DNA of 64,000 bases from a bacterium (GTDB lineage Bacteria; Patescibacteriota; Minisyncoccia; UBA6257; 02-FULL-45-10c): contig JAJYMK010000001.1 in the NCBI GenBank assembly GCA_021786945.1, positions 794-64,793 of the forward strand. Direction: 5' to 3'. A program made the position numbers and the translations under genes. Of the stretch, positions 28,876-38,673 are shown piece by piece. Each line of letters starts with the position of its first letter. The stretch's first letter is position 1. The notes beneath the pieces were generated by a model, which worked only from the letters and a program-made list of their open reading frames with translations, was not told the origin of the DNA and did no database searches.

Positions 28876-30390
28876 TTATTTTAAGTTGTTTGTATAACGC
28901 CCTTTTGGCGTAACCCAAAAACCAAGCTTAAACCTTCCTCCCAAAGCCAGACGTGTTTGAGCTTCCAATCCCGGAATAGCGCCGAAAATAATGAGAGTAA
29001 AAGGCATTAAAACCCACTGCAAAAGATAAAGCGCATAATGCCAAATTTTAAAATCTTTCGGTTTTGGCGGCAAAAGAATTACGCTCAAAATAGCCGAGCT
29101 TGCCACGCCGACCATAGACAATGTGAGGATCCACCTGGTAATTTGCGGGAGATTATAAGCCAACACGGTTTTATCGAAAGCAATTCCCCCAATCAATACT
29201 GGCAACCAACCCAAAGCAAAAATAATAATAGCGTTGGTAGCCCAAGAATGAAATCCCTCCAGAATATTGAAAGCCCAATAAAATTTAGTTTTGAAAGAAA
29301 TATTTTTATTTTTCCTGAATCCATCCAAAAGATAGGGAACGTTTTCTACTCCATAACCCCAGCGTCTCTGTTGTTTATAAATATTTATCATTGTTTTCCA
29401 AAATGTCGGCGCAACATTAGCGTCCATGGAAACCGGATAAAACATAGGTTCTACGCGCCAATCTCCGTCATAGTGTAAAAACAACTGCCAAAATATCCTG
29501 GAATCTTCGGAAACTACATCTTTGTGCCAATAACCTATTTCCGCCAAAGCCTTGAATGGCATTGAATGTGAAGAAAAAGTGGTAAGCCTCTCCGGTCTAG
29601 CCTGTTGCATCATATGCCAAAAAGTAGCGGAAAAGGACACAACCCGAGCCAAGGCCGGTGCCTCAAAAATATTGTTTGTAAAAAGAGGGATGGGCTGAAA
29701 ACTTGTTCTCTGCGGCTTATCACAGGTCAAAAATTTATAAGTCAAAAGACTAAAATACTCACCTCCAATTTGCGTATCTACATCAAAAACAGAAACTAGG
29801 ATATTTTCATAATTTAACTTCAGAGGGTCAATAATAATTTTTCGCACCTGCTCAGCGGAATAACTTTCATTGGAACCCTTTCCGGGAATTTCATCCGGCA
29901 AATCTTTTGGGTGAGTGGTAACCAAAAATTTAAAAAATTTATTCCCAAATTCGGCTTCAATTTTTTTTGCTATTTCCACCGAACTCTCCCCTGCACGCTC
30001 CTCGGTAGCCAAAACCACAATCATTTTTTCTTTCGGATAATTTATTTTGATTAAGCTTTCAAAAGATTCTTTCACAACCTCATACGGCTCATTGTACATC
30101 GGTAAAATAACTAAATGATATATTTCTTTCCAATCTATAAAAGAATTATTCAATAAACTCAATTCCTGAAGCCAATTCTTTTTTTCATTTGCCCTCATTT
30201 GTCCAAAAGCAAATCTAAGGTGCAGGGATAAATATAAAGTTTTTAAAAGCCAATAGGTATCAAATAAAATAATAAAAATGGCCGCCCAAAAAGCAGCTTT
30301 CCACGAAACCAAAAACATAAGCAAAAGCGTGAGCCAAGACAGGGTCGCCGGCAAAATTTCGAAAAATCTGATCATAAATATCCAATACAT
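28876..30390 (-). CDS. Processive family-2 beta-glycosyltransferase (cellulose/chitin/hyaluronan-synthase-like) with flanking TM helices.
   Basis: VILPMYNEPYEV (GT2 N-terminal motif), FDVDT (DxD), and the diagnostic QQRRW motif (KQQRRWGYG). Multiple TM helices N- and C-terminal. 504 aa. Confidence 0.75.
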   Translation of the reverse strand: MYWIFMIRFFEILPATLSWLTLLLMFLVSWKAAFWAAIFIILFDTYWLLKTLYLSLHLRFAFGQMRANEKKNWLQELSLLNNSFIDWKEIYHLVILPMYNEPYEVVKESFESLIKINYPKEKMIVVLATEERAGESSVEIAKKIEAEFGNKFFKFLVTTHPKDLPDEIPGKGSNESYSAEQVRKIIIDPLKLNYENILVSVFDVDTQIGGEYFSLLTYKFLTCDKPQRTSFQPIPLFTNNIFEAPALARVVSFSATFWHMMQQARPERLTTFSSHSMPFKALAEIGYWHKDVVSEDSRIFWQLFLHYDGDWRVEPMFYPVSMDANVAPTFWKTMINIYKQQRRWGYGVENVPYLLDGFRKNKNISFKTKFYWAFNILEGFHSWATNAIIIFALGWLPVLIGGIAFDKTVLAYNLPQITRWILTLSMVGVASSAILSVILLPPKPKDFKIWHYALYLLQWVLMPFTLIIFGAIPGLEAQTRLALGGRFKLGFWVTPKGRYTNNLK

Positions 30391-30450
30391 TATACCCCAG
30401 ACTCTGGATTTTTTTAAATAAAAATGCTTAAATAACTAAGCAATAGCCAT

Positions 30451-30525
30451 GGTCCTATCGTCTAATGGCTAGGACATGTCCCTTTCACGGACAAAATACG
30501 GGTTCGATTCCCGTTGGGACTACCA
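30451..30525 (+). tRNA. tRNA-Glu (anticodon UUC), CCA encoded.
   Basis: Hand-folded cloverleaf: acceptor GGTCCTA/TGGGACT, D-arm GTCT-AATGGCTA-GGAC, anticodon stem TGTCC/GGACA with loop CTTTCAC, T-arm ACGGG-TTCGATT-CCCGT, then A-CCA. Confidence 0.85.
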
Positions 30526-30639
30526 AGAATTATTTCCATTAAAAGCGTTCAGGCGTTGATTTTTTATTCACGTGATATTAGGCTTCAGAAAGGACTTTAA
30601 TAAAAAAATAATTAGCAGAATGGGTTCTAAGGAGGAATA

Positions 30640-31146
30640 ATGCTCAAAACATCAATTAGCAATGCTTTATGGGGACTTATAACCATTGTATTCGGGTTAC
30701 TAATAGCAATTTTAGCCATCTCGGTAAAAAGCGCGGCCATTATGCTTCTTGCCGCATTTTTTGCCGGCACTAGCTTGCTACTCTTTGCTTTGTCCGTAAT
30801 CGAACTGGCAAATCATGAAAAAATTGTAGGTAAATATTTCCTTAAAAAATATTCAAGGGAAAGGAGGTTGGCAACTATCTCCAAAGCTGTTTGGCTTTGC
30901 AGAATAGACGACTACCCTGAATGGTGGAAGTCTCAAAAAGACCAAAATCTCGAAAGCGACCATGTAAGTTTTGGTGTTCTTGTCGCTATTCTCGGAGGAG
31001 TCATTGAGAAAGATGATGTGATTAAATATGGCAATCATCTGGAAAGCTGCCAAATATGCCAACATTATTATAAATCATGGATTCCGCTTATTTCCCGCAA
31101 AATAAAAAAACGGGAAAAGACAATAAAACAAAGCGGCCCTTTTTAA
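30640..31146 (+). CDS. Membrane protein with C-terminal Cys/His cluster, hypothetical. Canonical SD (AAGGAGG) 6 nt upstream.
   Basis: 168 aa. Two TM helices. C-terminal HLESCQICQHYY. Followed by a strong terminator. Confidence 0.45.
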   Translation: MLKTSISNALWGLITIVFGLLIAILAISVKSAAIMLLAAFFAGTSLLLFALSVIELANHEKIVGKYFLKKYSRERRLATISKAVWLCRIDDYPEWWKSQKDQNLESDHVSFGVLVAILGGVIEKDDVIKYGNHLESCQICQHYYKSWIPLISRKIKKREKTIKQSGPF

Positions 31147-31162
31147 GGGCCGCTTTTTTATT
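31131..31162 (+). terminator. Rho-independent terminator AAGCGGCCC-TTTTTA-AGGGCCGCTT + TTTTTTATTT.
   Basis: Perfect GC-rich stem then T-run. Confidence 0.8.
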
Positions 31163-31197
31163 TGGCTAATTTTATTTTAATTTATTAAAATAAATAT

Positions 31198-33573
31198 ATG
31201 ACTATACAAATTATTTCCGGTCTAACTTCGGCCGAGGCAGAAAACAGAATAAAAAAATACGGACTAAATGACGTCGAAGAAAAAAGAACCGGGGTAGTAA
31301 AAAAATTTTTAGCCCCGCTCTACTCCCCTATATCTCTAATGTTGCTTGGAGCAGCGCTGCTTTCACGTCTAAGTAACAGAATTTTTGATGCATATTTTAT
31401 TTTAGCTTTATACTTTGTAAATTATTCGGTTCAAAGATGGCAAGAATTTAAGGCCGATAAAGCATTGGAACAAATAAGACAAAAATTGTCTTTTGATGTT
31501 TCGACTTTCCGTGATAATAAATGGTCACCGATAAACGCTAAATATCTGGTTCCCGGAGACAGAATAAGGCTTGGTTTGGGAAGCATAATTCCAGCCGATG
31601 CTACCGTGACTGCATCAAAAAACCTTTCAACAAACGAAGCGGTTCTTACGGGAGAATCATTGCCTAAAGAAAAAAAGATTGGGGATAAAATTTTTTCCGG
31701 ATCTTTTATAGCAACCGGCAATTTGGAAGCTGAGGTGGTGGCCACCGGAAAAAATACTTTTTTCGGTAAAACGATTTTTTCAATTGAAGCTCCAAAACAA
31801 AAAAGCATACTCGAAAAAGACATTCTTACAATAACCAGATTTCTTACTCTTATAAGTTTAGGCGCAGTTGCTATTCTCACGTTTGCCTTACTGATTAAAG
31901 GTTTTGGGATAAAAGACCTTCTCACTCTCGATTTAAGCCTTATAATAGCCGGAATTCCGATAGCATTGCCGGCGGTTATGGCAATTATTCTGAGTATCGG
32001 AGCCGCAGGACTAGCAAAAAAATTAGTGGTTGTAAGAAGACTCTCAGCGCTTCAAGATCTTGCCAATGTAAATATGCTTCTAACCGATAAAACCGGCACA
32101 CTTACTAAGAACAAAATAAGTATTGAGAACATAATTTCATATCAAAACGAATTATCTACTGAAAATATTGTAGAGCTGGCCCGTCTTGCAACGCTCGATG
32201 AAACTCCGGACGCAATAGATTTAGCTATAATTAAAAAATTTGAAGAGATAAAAGGCTCTACCGAAAATGCGGAAATATTAAATTTTATACCCTATGATTC
32301 GGAAAGAAAAAGATCGACGGTTCTTATTCAAAAAGGACAAGAAAAAATTCTAATAAGCATGGGTGCGCCGCAAATCATTCAGGCATTTGATGAATTTCCT
32401 TCCCCGGAATTAAAACAAAAATTTGAAAACGACATAAATGATGCGGCGGCAAAAGGTTTTAGGGTTCTGGCGGTGGCCATAAATAAAAAAAATGCTGAGG
32501 AAAAAAATATGACTATGGCCGGAATTTTATTTTTGGCTGATCCGCTGGATGAAGACTCTAAAGAAGTTATAAAGTTTTTGAAAGAAAACGGAATCGGAGT
32601 CAAAATGCTTACCGGAGACAACGAAATAATTACAAAAAGGATTTCAACAGAACTCGATCTTCCGGGAAAAATACTATCAGTAAAAGAAACGAGGGATTCA
32701 TACAATAAACCCGAAAGTGCCTTAGAGGAAATGAAGGACGCCGCGGCTTTTGCCGAAATTTTACCGAAAGATAAATATGAAATTGTTAAAATTTTTAAAT
32801 CAAAATATATAGTCGCTGCAACCGGTGATGGTATAAATGATCTACCGGCATTAAAAATTGCGAATGTCGGCATAGCTGTTTCGGGTGCTGTTACTGCCCT
32901 GAAAAGTTTAGCCGATATAGTATTACTCGGCCAAGGCCTTTCTGTAATTAAAGACGCCATTATTGAATCAAGAAAAATATTCGTGCGTCTCTATAATTAT
33001 TCAATCTATAGAATATCCGAAAGTTTCAGATTAATAATAACTATCTTGGTGCTGGGAATTATGTATGGATCTTATCCTCTCCAGCCACTGCAATTGATTT
33101 TATTGGCATTTTTAAACGATGTTCCAATTATCTCACTTGCATTTGATAGGGTTAAAATTTCTTCGGAACCGGCCAGAATAAAGACAAGAGAAAGATTTTC
33201 ATTGAGTCTTTTATTCGGATTTGTCGGCATATTGAACAGCATCTGCTTATTTGTTCTGACACTAAACATTCTTCATTTTCCGATTGAAATAATCCAAACT
33301 ATGTTTTTCTTGAAACTAACCATTTCCGGACACGCACTTATTTTTGTGGCCCATACCAAAGAAAGATGGTACAAATTCTTGCCCAGTAAGGAAGTTATTA
33401 TGGCTACTATCGGCACGCAAATAATAGCTACCGGGCTAGCCGTATCCGGCTATTTAATGCCAAGTAAAATATCATGGCCAATGGCTCTCTTTGTGTGGGT
33501 TTGGGCCTTGATATGGATGCAAATAACCGAACTAACAAAAGATCTTCAGGAAAAATTTGTAAAAAAAGATTAA
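31198..33573 (+). CDS. P-type cation-transporting ATPase (P2/P3-type: 10-TM plan with PMA/MgtA/Ca-ATPase-like N-terminus).
   Basis: Canonical DKTGTLT (LLTDKTGTLTKNK), TGDN (MLTGDNEIIT), GDGxND (ATGDGINDLPALKIANVGIAV). N-terminal EAENRIKKYGLND resembles the N-terminus of P-type ATPases of the H+/Mg2+/Ca2+ groups. Confidence 0.9.
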   Translation: MTIQIISGLTSAEAENRIKKYGLNDVEEKRTGVVKKFLAPLYSPISLMLLGAALLSRLSNRIFDAYFILALYFVNYSVQRWQEFKADKALEQIRQKLSFDVSTFRDNKWSPINAKYLVPGDRIRLGLGSIIPADATVTASKNLSTNEAVLTGESLPKEKKIGDKIFSGSFIATGNLEAEVVATGKNTFFGKTIFSIEAPKQKSILEKDILTITRFLTLISLGAVAILTFALLIKGFGIKDLLTLDLSLIIAGIPIALPAVMAIILSIGAAGLAKKLVVVRRLSALQDLANVNMLLTDKTGTLTKNKISIENIISYQNELSTENIVELARLATLDETPDAIDLAIIKKFEEIKGSTENAEILNFIPYDSERKRSTVLIQKGQEKILISMGAPQIIQAFDEFPSPELKQKFENDINDAAAKGFRVLAVAINKKNAEEKNMTMAGILFLADPLDEDSKEVIKFLKENGIGVKMLTGDNEIITKRISTELDLPGKILSVKETRDSYNKPESALEEMKDAAAFAEILPKDKYEIVKIFKSKYIVAATGDGINDLPALKIANVGIAVSGAVTALKSLADIVLLGQGLSVIKDAIIESRKIFVRLYNYSIYRISESFRLIITILVLGIMYGSYPLQPLQLILLAFLNDVPIISLAFDRVKISSEPARIKTRERFSLSLLFGFVGILNSICLFVLTLNILHFPIEIIQTMFFLKLTISGHALIFVAHTKERWYKFLPSKEVIMATIGTQIIATGLAVSGYLMPSKISWPMALFVWVWALIWMQITELTKDLQEKFVKKD

Positions 33574-33639
33574 TTTTTTAAAAAAACCGGTTTGCATAAC
33601 CGGTTTTAAATTGATAGAATTATTTAAAATAAATAAAAA

Positions 33640-33860
33640 GGCGTCGACGCTGCCAACACAGCTGAGCCGGGAGAAGAAAAGTCTGCCGTCGTTAAAACTT
33701 TGGCAAGACACAGTAAACCTCCCCGGGTTTGCCCGTTATAGCTTAATGAGGTTTAGCTAAAAACTAAACAAAGTAAGGTGGCACCGCATTAAATATAAAT
33801 TGAATGCCCTTACAAAGTTATCAAACAGTCGTTGATAATTTTGTAGGGGCATTTTTATTC
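33640..33860 (+). promoter_or_regulatory. T-box riboswitch leader (candidate Asp specifier GAC) controlling aspS by transcription attenuation.
   Basis: T-box sequence AAGTAAGGTGGCACCGCATT (33766-33785) matches the consensus AAnnnGGGTGGnACCGCG. The bulge UGGC is complementary to the GCCA 3' end expected of tRNA-Asp (G73). GACA (Asp codon plus purine) at 33708-33711 lies in the putative Stem I return strand. An intrinsic terminator ATGCCCTTACAAA...TTTGTAGGGGCAT + TTTTTATT lies at 33803-33858, immediately before aspS. Confidence 0.65.
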
Positions 33861-33861
33861 C

Positions 33862-33887
33862 CACACTTAATTAATTAAGTGTGGGAC
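33862..33887. repeat. Perfect 26-bp palindrome CCCACACTTAATT|AATTAAGTGTGGG between the T-box terminator and the aspS start.
   Basis: Read directly. Each arm is 13 nt with no spacer. It sits in the 24 nt preceding the aspS ATG region. Confidence 0.7.
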
Positions 33888-33911
33888 AAATAAAAAAATA
33901 AAAATAAAAAA

Positions 33912-35318
33912 ATGCAAAGAACATATATAAAAGAATTAAAAAATAAAGTTGGGGAAGAAGTCAGTATTTCCTGCTGGGTGGATATAAGACGCGATCACGG
34001 AAAATTAATATTCGTGGATTTGCGCGATATGTCCGGCAAAGTCCAAGCCGTAGCGCTTCCCAACCACAAAGAAGCTGTGGCTGTAGCAAGCACCATAAGA
34101 CCAGAGTGGGTTGTAGAAGTAACCGGCAAAGTGAATCCTCGTCCAGAAAAACTCGTTAATAAAAATGAAGAAAATGGCGCAATTGAATTGGAAATAATTT
34201 CCATAAACGTACTGAATGAAGCGCTTACACCACCTCTTGACCCTCGTGGAGACGGCCGGGAAATAGATGAAGAAGTCAGACTAAAATACCGCTACTTAGA
34301 CTTGCGCAGGCCAAGAATGCAAAAAAATATAAGAAATAGACACAAAGTTTTGAAATTCGTAAGAGACTTCCTTGATAAAGAAGGATTTATTGAAATAGAA
34401 ACACCAAACCTTACCAAATCAACTCCGGAAGGATCTAGGGATTACATTGTCCCCTCCAGACTTGAACAGGGAAAATTCTACGCTCTTCCGCAATCTCCTC
34501 AGCAATACAAACAACTTCTGATGGCCGCCGGAATGGAAAAATATTTCCAGGTAGCCAGGTGTTTCAGAGATGAGGATACCCGCGGAGACAGACAGCCGGA
34601 ATTTACCCAACTTGATATGGAAATGAGTTTCCCAACACAAGAGGAAATAATTCAGCTCAATGAAAAAATGATGATTGAGCTGGTTAAAACCATTTATCCG
34701 GAAAAAGAAATCCAGCAAATTCCATTTCCACGCCTTACCTATAAAGAAGCGATGGAAAAATATAATTCCGATAAACCGGATTTACGAAAAGACAAAAACA
34801 ATCCGAATCTCTTAGCTTTTTGCTGGGTAGTTGATTTTCCGATGTTTGAAAAAACCGATGACGGAAAATGGACATTCACCCACAACCCATTCTCGGCAGC
34901 GCAGCCACAGCACATAGAAGATCTGATGGAAAAGAAAAATATAGAAAACATTCTGGCTGCCCAATACGATATCGCTCTTAACGGCTGCGAAATTGGCGGC
35001 GGCAGCATCCGAAATCACAAACCTGAAGCTCTCAAAAAAGTATTCCAGATTATGGGCTATGAAGACGAAAGAATTGAAAATAATTTCGGCCATATGTTGA
35101 AAGCTTTTGAAATGGGCACACCCCCTCATGGCGGAATTGCCTGGGGTATAGACCGTCTTATTATGTTTTTGGAAAATGAGCCAAATATCCGCGAAGTAAT
35201 TGCTTTTGCCAAAACCGGTGAAGGAAAAGACTTAATGATGGATTCGCCGTCGGAAGTTTCCACCGAACAGCTCAAAGAGCTCGGCATTAAAATAGATAAG
35301 CCAGAAAAAAAGAAATAA
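33912..35318 (+). CDS. aspS: Aspartate--tRNA ligase, short form lacking the bacterial GAD insertion domain.
   Basis: N-terminal OB anticodon-binding domain. Class II motif 2 FRDEDTRGDRQPEFTQLDMEMSF. Motif 3 GGIAWGIDRLIMF. 468 aa versus about 590 aa for the bacterial type. Confidence 0.9.
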   Translation: MQRTYIKELKNKVGEEVSISCWVDIRRDHGKLIFVDLRDMSGKVQAVALPNHKEAVAVASTIRPEWVVEVTGKVNPRPEKLVNKNEENGAIELEIISINVLNEALTPPLDPRGDGREIDEEVRLKYRYLDLRRPRMQKNIRNRHKVLKFVRDFLDKEGFIEIETPNLTKSTPEGSRDYIVPSRLEQGKFYALPQSPQQYKQLLMAAGMEKYFQVARCFRDEDTRGDRQPEFTQLDMEMSFPTQEEIIQLNEKMMIELVKTIYPEKEIQQIPFPRLTYKEAMEKYNSDKPDLRKDKNNPNLLAFCWVVDFPMFEKTDDGKWTFTHNPFSAAQPQHIEDLMEKKNIENILAAQYDIALNGCEIGGGSIRNHKPEALKKVFQIMGYEDERIENNFGHMLKAFEMGTPPHGGIAWGIDRLIMFLENEPNIREVIAFAKTGEGKDLMMDSPSEVSTEQLKELGIKIDKPEKKK

Positions 35319-35319
35319 A

Positions 35320-36360
35320 ATGCCGGATAAAAAAACCAAAATAATTTTATCTATAGAAACCAGCTGTGACGAAACCGCCATCGCTGTATTGAAATGCTCC
35401 GGAAACATAAAAAAACCGATTTTTAAAATTATCGCCAATGAAGTTTCTTCACAAATAAAAATACATAGGCCTTTCGGCGGAGTTGTTCCCAACCTGGCAA
35501 AACGCGAACACATAAAAAATCTTCCGAAGATTTACCAAAAAATAAAAAAAGAAGTTGTTGGGCTAGAAAGGAAAATTGATCTGGTAAGTGTAACAGTAGG
35601 GCCGGGATTGGAACCGGCGCTTTGGACAGGAATCACTTTTGCCCAAGATTTGGCGCAAAAAATAAAAAAGCCATTAATAGGAGCCAATCATATGGAAGGG
35701 CACCTCTTCGGTTTTTTACTTTCGGAGCAGGAAAATAAATTAGATTTTCCGGCTATCGGACTGGTGGTGAGCGGCGGACACACCGTTCTTCTGAAAATGA
35801 CCAGTCTGACCAAATGGGAAAAACTAGGAGAAACAGTCGACGATGCCGTCGGCGAAGCTTTTGATAAAGTCGCCAGAATTCTGGATCTTCCCTACCCCGG
35901 CGGACCGGAAATTGAGAGACTCGCCCTGAGCCTGCCGAAGGGAGAAAAACCATCTATAAACTTTCCCAGACCAATGCTGAATCAACACAACTACGACTTC
36001 AGTTTTTCCGGATTAAAAACTTCGGTGCTTTATTATTTGCGAGACAACCCCAAAACCAATAAAGCCAATATTGCCGCTTCTTTTCAGCAAGCCGCAATAG
36101 ACGTATTAACTAAAAAAGCCATGAAAGCCGCTGAAGAATTTTCCGCCAAATCAATAATTCTCTGTGGGGGTGTAGCCTGCAATAAAACACTGCGTGAAAC
36201 AATCAGAAAAGAATCCGAAAAAAGAGGTTTAAGTTTTTTTGCCCCGGAAATGAAATTTAATACCGATAATGCCGCTATGATAGGCGCAGCTACATATATT
36301 CATATCCTGGCCAAGAAAAAATCACTTAAAATTGAAGCTGATTCAACTTTGAATCTATAA
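35320..36360 (+). CDS. tsaD: tRNA N6-adenosine threonylcarbamoyltransferase TsaD (Kae1/OSGEP family).
   Basis: LSIETSCDETAIAV (metal-binding). GVACNKTLR. ASKHA fold length 346 aa. Confidence 0.9.
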   Translation: MPDKKTKIILSIETSCDETAIAVLKCSGNIKKPIFKIIANEVSSQIKIHRPFGGVVPNLAKREHIKNLPKIYQKIKKEVVGLERKIDLVSVTVGPGLEPALWTGITFAQDLAQKIKKPLIGANHMEGHLFGFLLSEQENKLDFPAIGLVVSGGHTVLLKMTSLTKWEKLGETVDDAVGEAFDKVARILDLPYPGGPEIERLALSLPKGEKPSINFPRPMLNQHNYDFSFSGLKTSVLYYLRDNPKTNKANIAASFQQAAIDVLTKKAMKAAEEFSAKSIILCGGVACNKTLRETIRKESEKRGLSFFAPEMKFNTDNAAMIGAATYIHILAKKKSLKIEADSTLNL

Positions 36361-36438
36361 AAAACAATAATAAAAAATAAAAAGGGCCCAGATCGGGCTC
36401 CTTTTATTTTTTATCAAAAAGTCTCTATAATATAAATC

Positions 36439-38664
36439 ATGAATAAAGAACTTTCTCCGCAATACGACTCCAAACAAATCGAGGACAATATCTATAAAAT
36501 ATGGGAAGAATCGGGATATTTTAATCCGGATAATCTGCCTACAACCCACAAAAAACCGTTTACCATAATAATGCCGCCGCCGAATGCCAATGGCTCTCTT
36601 CATATCGGCCACGCGTTGTTCGTAACACTCCAGGATATAATGATCCGCTATCAAAGAATGAGGGGCCGAAAAACACTCTGGCTTCCGGGTGCAGACCATG
36701 CCGGCTTCGAAACCCAGGTTGTTTATAATAAAAAATTGGAAAAAGAAGGAAGATCTTTCTGGGAAATTCCCCGGGAACAGCTTTATAACGAAATAAAGGA
36801 TTTCACTTTGGCCAATAAAAAATACATGGAAGGCCAGCTCAAAAAGCTCGGCGCCAGCTGTGATTGGTCCAGGGAAAAATTTACATTAGACGAAGATGTC
36901 AAAAAAGTTGTCTGTGAAACATTCGAAAAACTTTACAATGATGGCTTGGTTTACCGCGCCGAAAAGCCGGTAAACTGGTGCACCAAACACCAAACCACCC
37001 TTTCCGATCTCGAAATAAAATATGAAGAAAAACAAGACAAGCTTTACTATATAAAATACAAAGTTTCTCCTTCGGCAAGCTCGGGACAAGTTGATGAATA
37101 TATCGAAGTGGCCACCACCCGTCCGGAAACAATTCCGGCAGATATCGCCGTAGCCGTACATCCCAAATCTAAATGGGCCAAGTTTATCGGCAAAAAAGTT
37201 ATCAATCCCCTGACCAAAAAAGAAATTCCGGTTTTATCCGACATGGTAGTAGATCTTACTTTTGGAACCGGAGCTTTAAAAATTACTCCATTCCACGATC
37301 CCGTAGACTTTATGGTCTGGCAAAATCACAAAAATGAAATAACCATTCAGCCGTTTTCGGTAATAAACCAGTACGGAAAAATGACCGCGGAAGCCGGGAC
37401 GGATTTGGCCGGATTAAAAGTCAAAGAGGCCAGGGAAAAATCCATTGAGCTTTTGCGCCCAGTCCTAGTTAAAGAACCGGAAGACTATAAACACCAAGTT
37501 TCTGTCTGCTACAAATGCGGCACAACAATCGAGCCCAGAATAATGATGCAGTGGTTCGTTAAAATGACGGAAAAACCGGCGGGTAATCCTTCGGCAAAGC
37601 TCAGGACAAGAAAATCTTTGCGCGATCTCGCTGTAGACGCGGTAAAATCAAAAAAAATAAAATTTATTCCTGCCAGATTTGAAAAAATATTCATGCACTG
37701 GATGAAAAACCTGCATGACTGGAATATTTCCAGGCAAATTGTCTGGGGTATACAGATACCTGTTTGGTACTGTCAGGATAAAACTAACGAAATCTGCAAA
37801 AAAAATGATGGAGTGATAGTTAGTTCTAAAAATCCGGAAAAATGCCCACACTGTGGATCCAATAATTTAAAACAAGAAACCGACGTATTTGATACCTGGT
37901 TCTCTTCGGGACAATGGCCATATGCCACATTAATGACCACAAAAGAATGCGATTTTAAAAAATATTATCCGACCGACGTCATGGAAACCGGCTGGGATAT
38001 TTTGTTCTTCTGGGTAACCAGAATGATAATGTTCGGGCTTTATCGTACCGGTAAAATTCCTTTTAAAGACGTCTATCTTCACGGATTAGTACGTGATAAG
38101 GACAGGCAAAAAATGTCCAAATCCAAAGGCAATGTAATTAATCCCTTGGAAGTCGCGGAAATCTACGGCACCGACGCTGTTCGAATGGCGCTTATTGTCG
38201 GTACCACGGCCGGAAACGATCCGATAATTTCCGAGGACAAAATCCGTGGTTACAGAAATTTCGCCACAAAAATATGGAATGCTTCCCGTTTCGTCCTGAT
38301 GAATTACAAAAAAATTGATGTTAAACCAAAACTTACATCAGCCGACAAAAAAAATCTTAAAGATCTTGAAAGTGCCAAGAAAAAAATAACCAAATATTTG
38401 GATAAATACGACTTTAACCATGCCGCCGAAACCGCCTATCATTATTTCTGGCACACCTTGGCCGACAAAGTGATAGAACAAAGCAAACCAAGAATAAAAT
38501 CGGAAAATCTAGCCGACGCTGCAGCCGCTCAAGAAACTTTGATAAAAATTTTGGGAGAATCCATGAAGCTCCTGCATCCATTCATGCCGTTTATTACGGA
38601 ACAGATATATCAAATACTTCCTACTACTAAAGAAAAGTCTCTTTTGATGATAGAAAAGTGGTAA
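36439..38664 (+). CDS. valS: Valine--tRNA ligase (short form without C-terminal coiled-coil).
   Basis: HIGH motif PPPNANGSLHIGHA. KMSKS motif KMSKSKGN. ValRS-type TLQDIMIRYQRMRGRKTLWLPGADHAGFETQ. 741 aa. Confidence 0.9.
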   Translation: MNKELSPQYDSKQIEDNIYKIWEESGYFNPDNLPTTHKKPFTIIMPPPNANGSLHIGHALFVTLQDIMIRYQRMRGRKTLWLPGADHAGFETQVVYNKKLEKEGRSFWEIPREQLYNEIKDFTLANKKYMEGQLKKLGASCDWSREKFTLDEDVKKVVCETFEKLYNDGLVYRAEKPVNWCTKHQTTLSDLEIKYEEKQDKLYYIKYKVSPSASSGQVDEYIEVATTRPETIPADIAVAVHPKSKWAKFIGKKVINPLTKKEIPVLSDMVVDLTFGTGALKITPFHDPVDFMVWQNHKNEITIQPFSVINQYGKMTAEAGTDLAGLKVKEAREKSIELLRPVLVKEPEDYKHQVSVCYKCGTTIEPRIMMQWFVKMTEKPAGNPSAKLRTRKSLRDLAVDAVKSKKIKFIPARFEKIFMHWMKNLHDWNISRQIVWGIQIPVWYCQDKTNEICKKNDGVIVSSKNPEKCPHCGSNNLKQETDVFDTWFSSGQWPYATLMTTKECDFKKYYPTDVMETGWDILFFWVTRMIMFGLYRTGKIPFKDVYLHGLVRDKDRQKMSKSKGNVINPLEVAEIYGTDAVRMALIVGTTAGNDPIISEDKIRGYRNFATKIWNASRFVLMNYKKIDVKPKLTSADKKNLKDLESAKKKITKYLDKYDFNHAAETAYHYFWHTLADKVIEQSKPRIKSENLADAAAAQETLIKILGESMKLLHPFMPFITEQIYQILPTTKEKSLLMIEKW

Positions 38665-38673
38665 AATTATAGT

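Noticed and set aside
36355-37851. Minus-strand ORFs (61-114 aa) overlapping the tsaD end and valS.
   Set aside because: Antisense to strongly supported housekeeping genes. Compositionally junk peptides.
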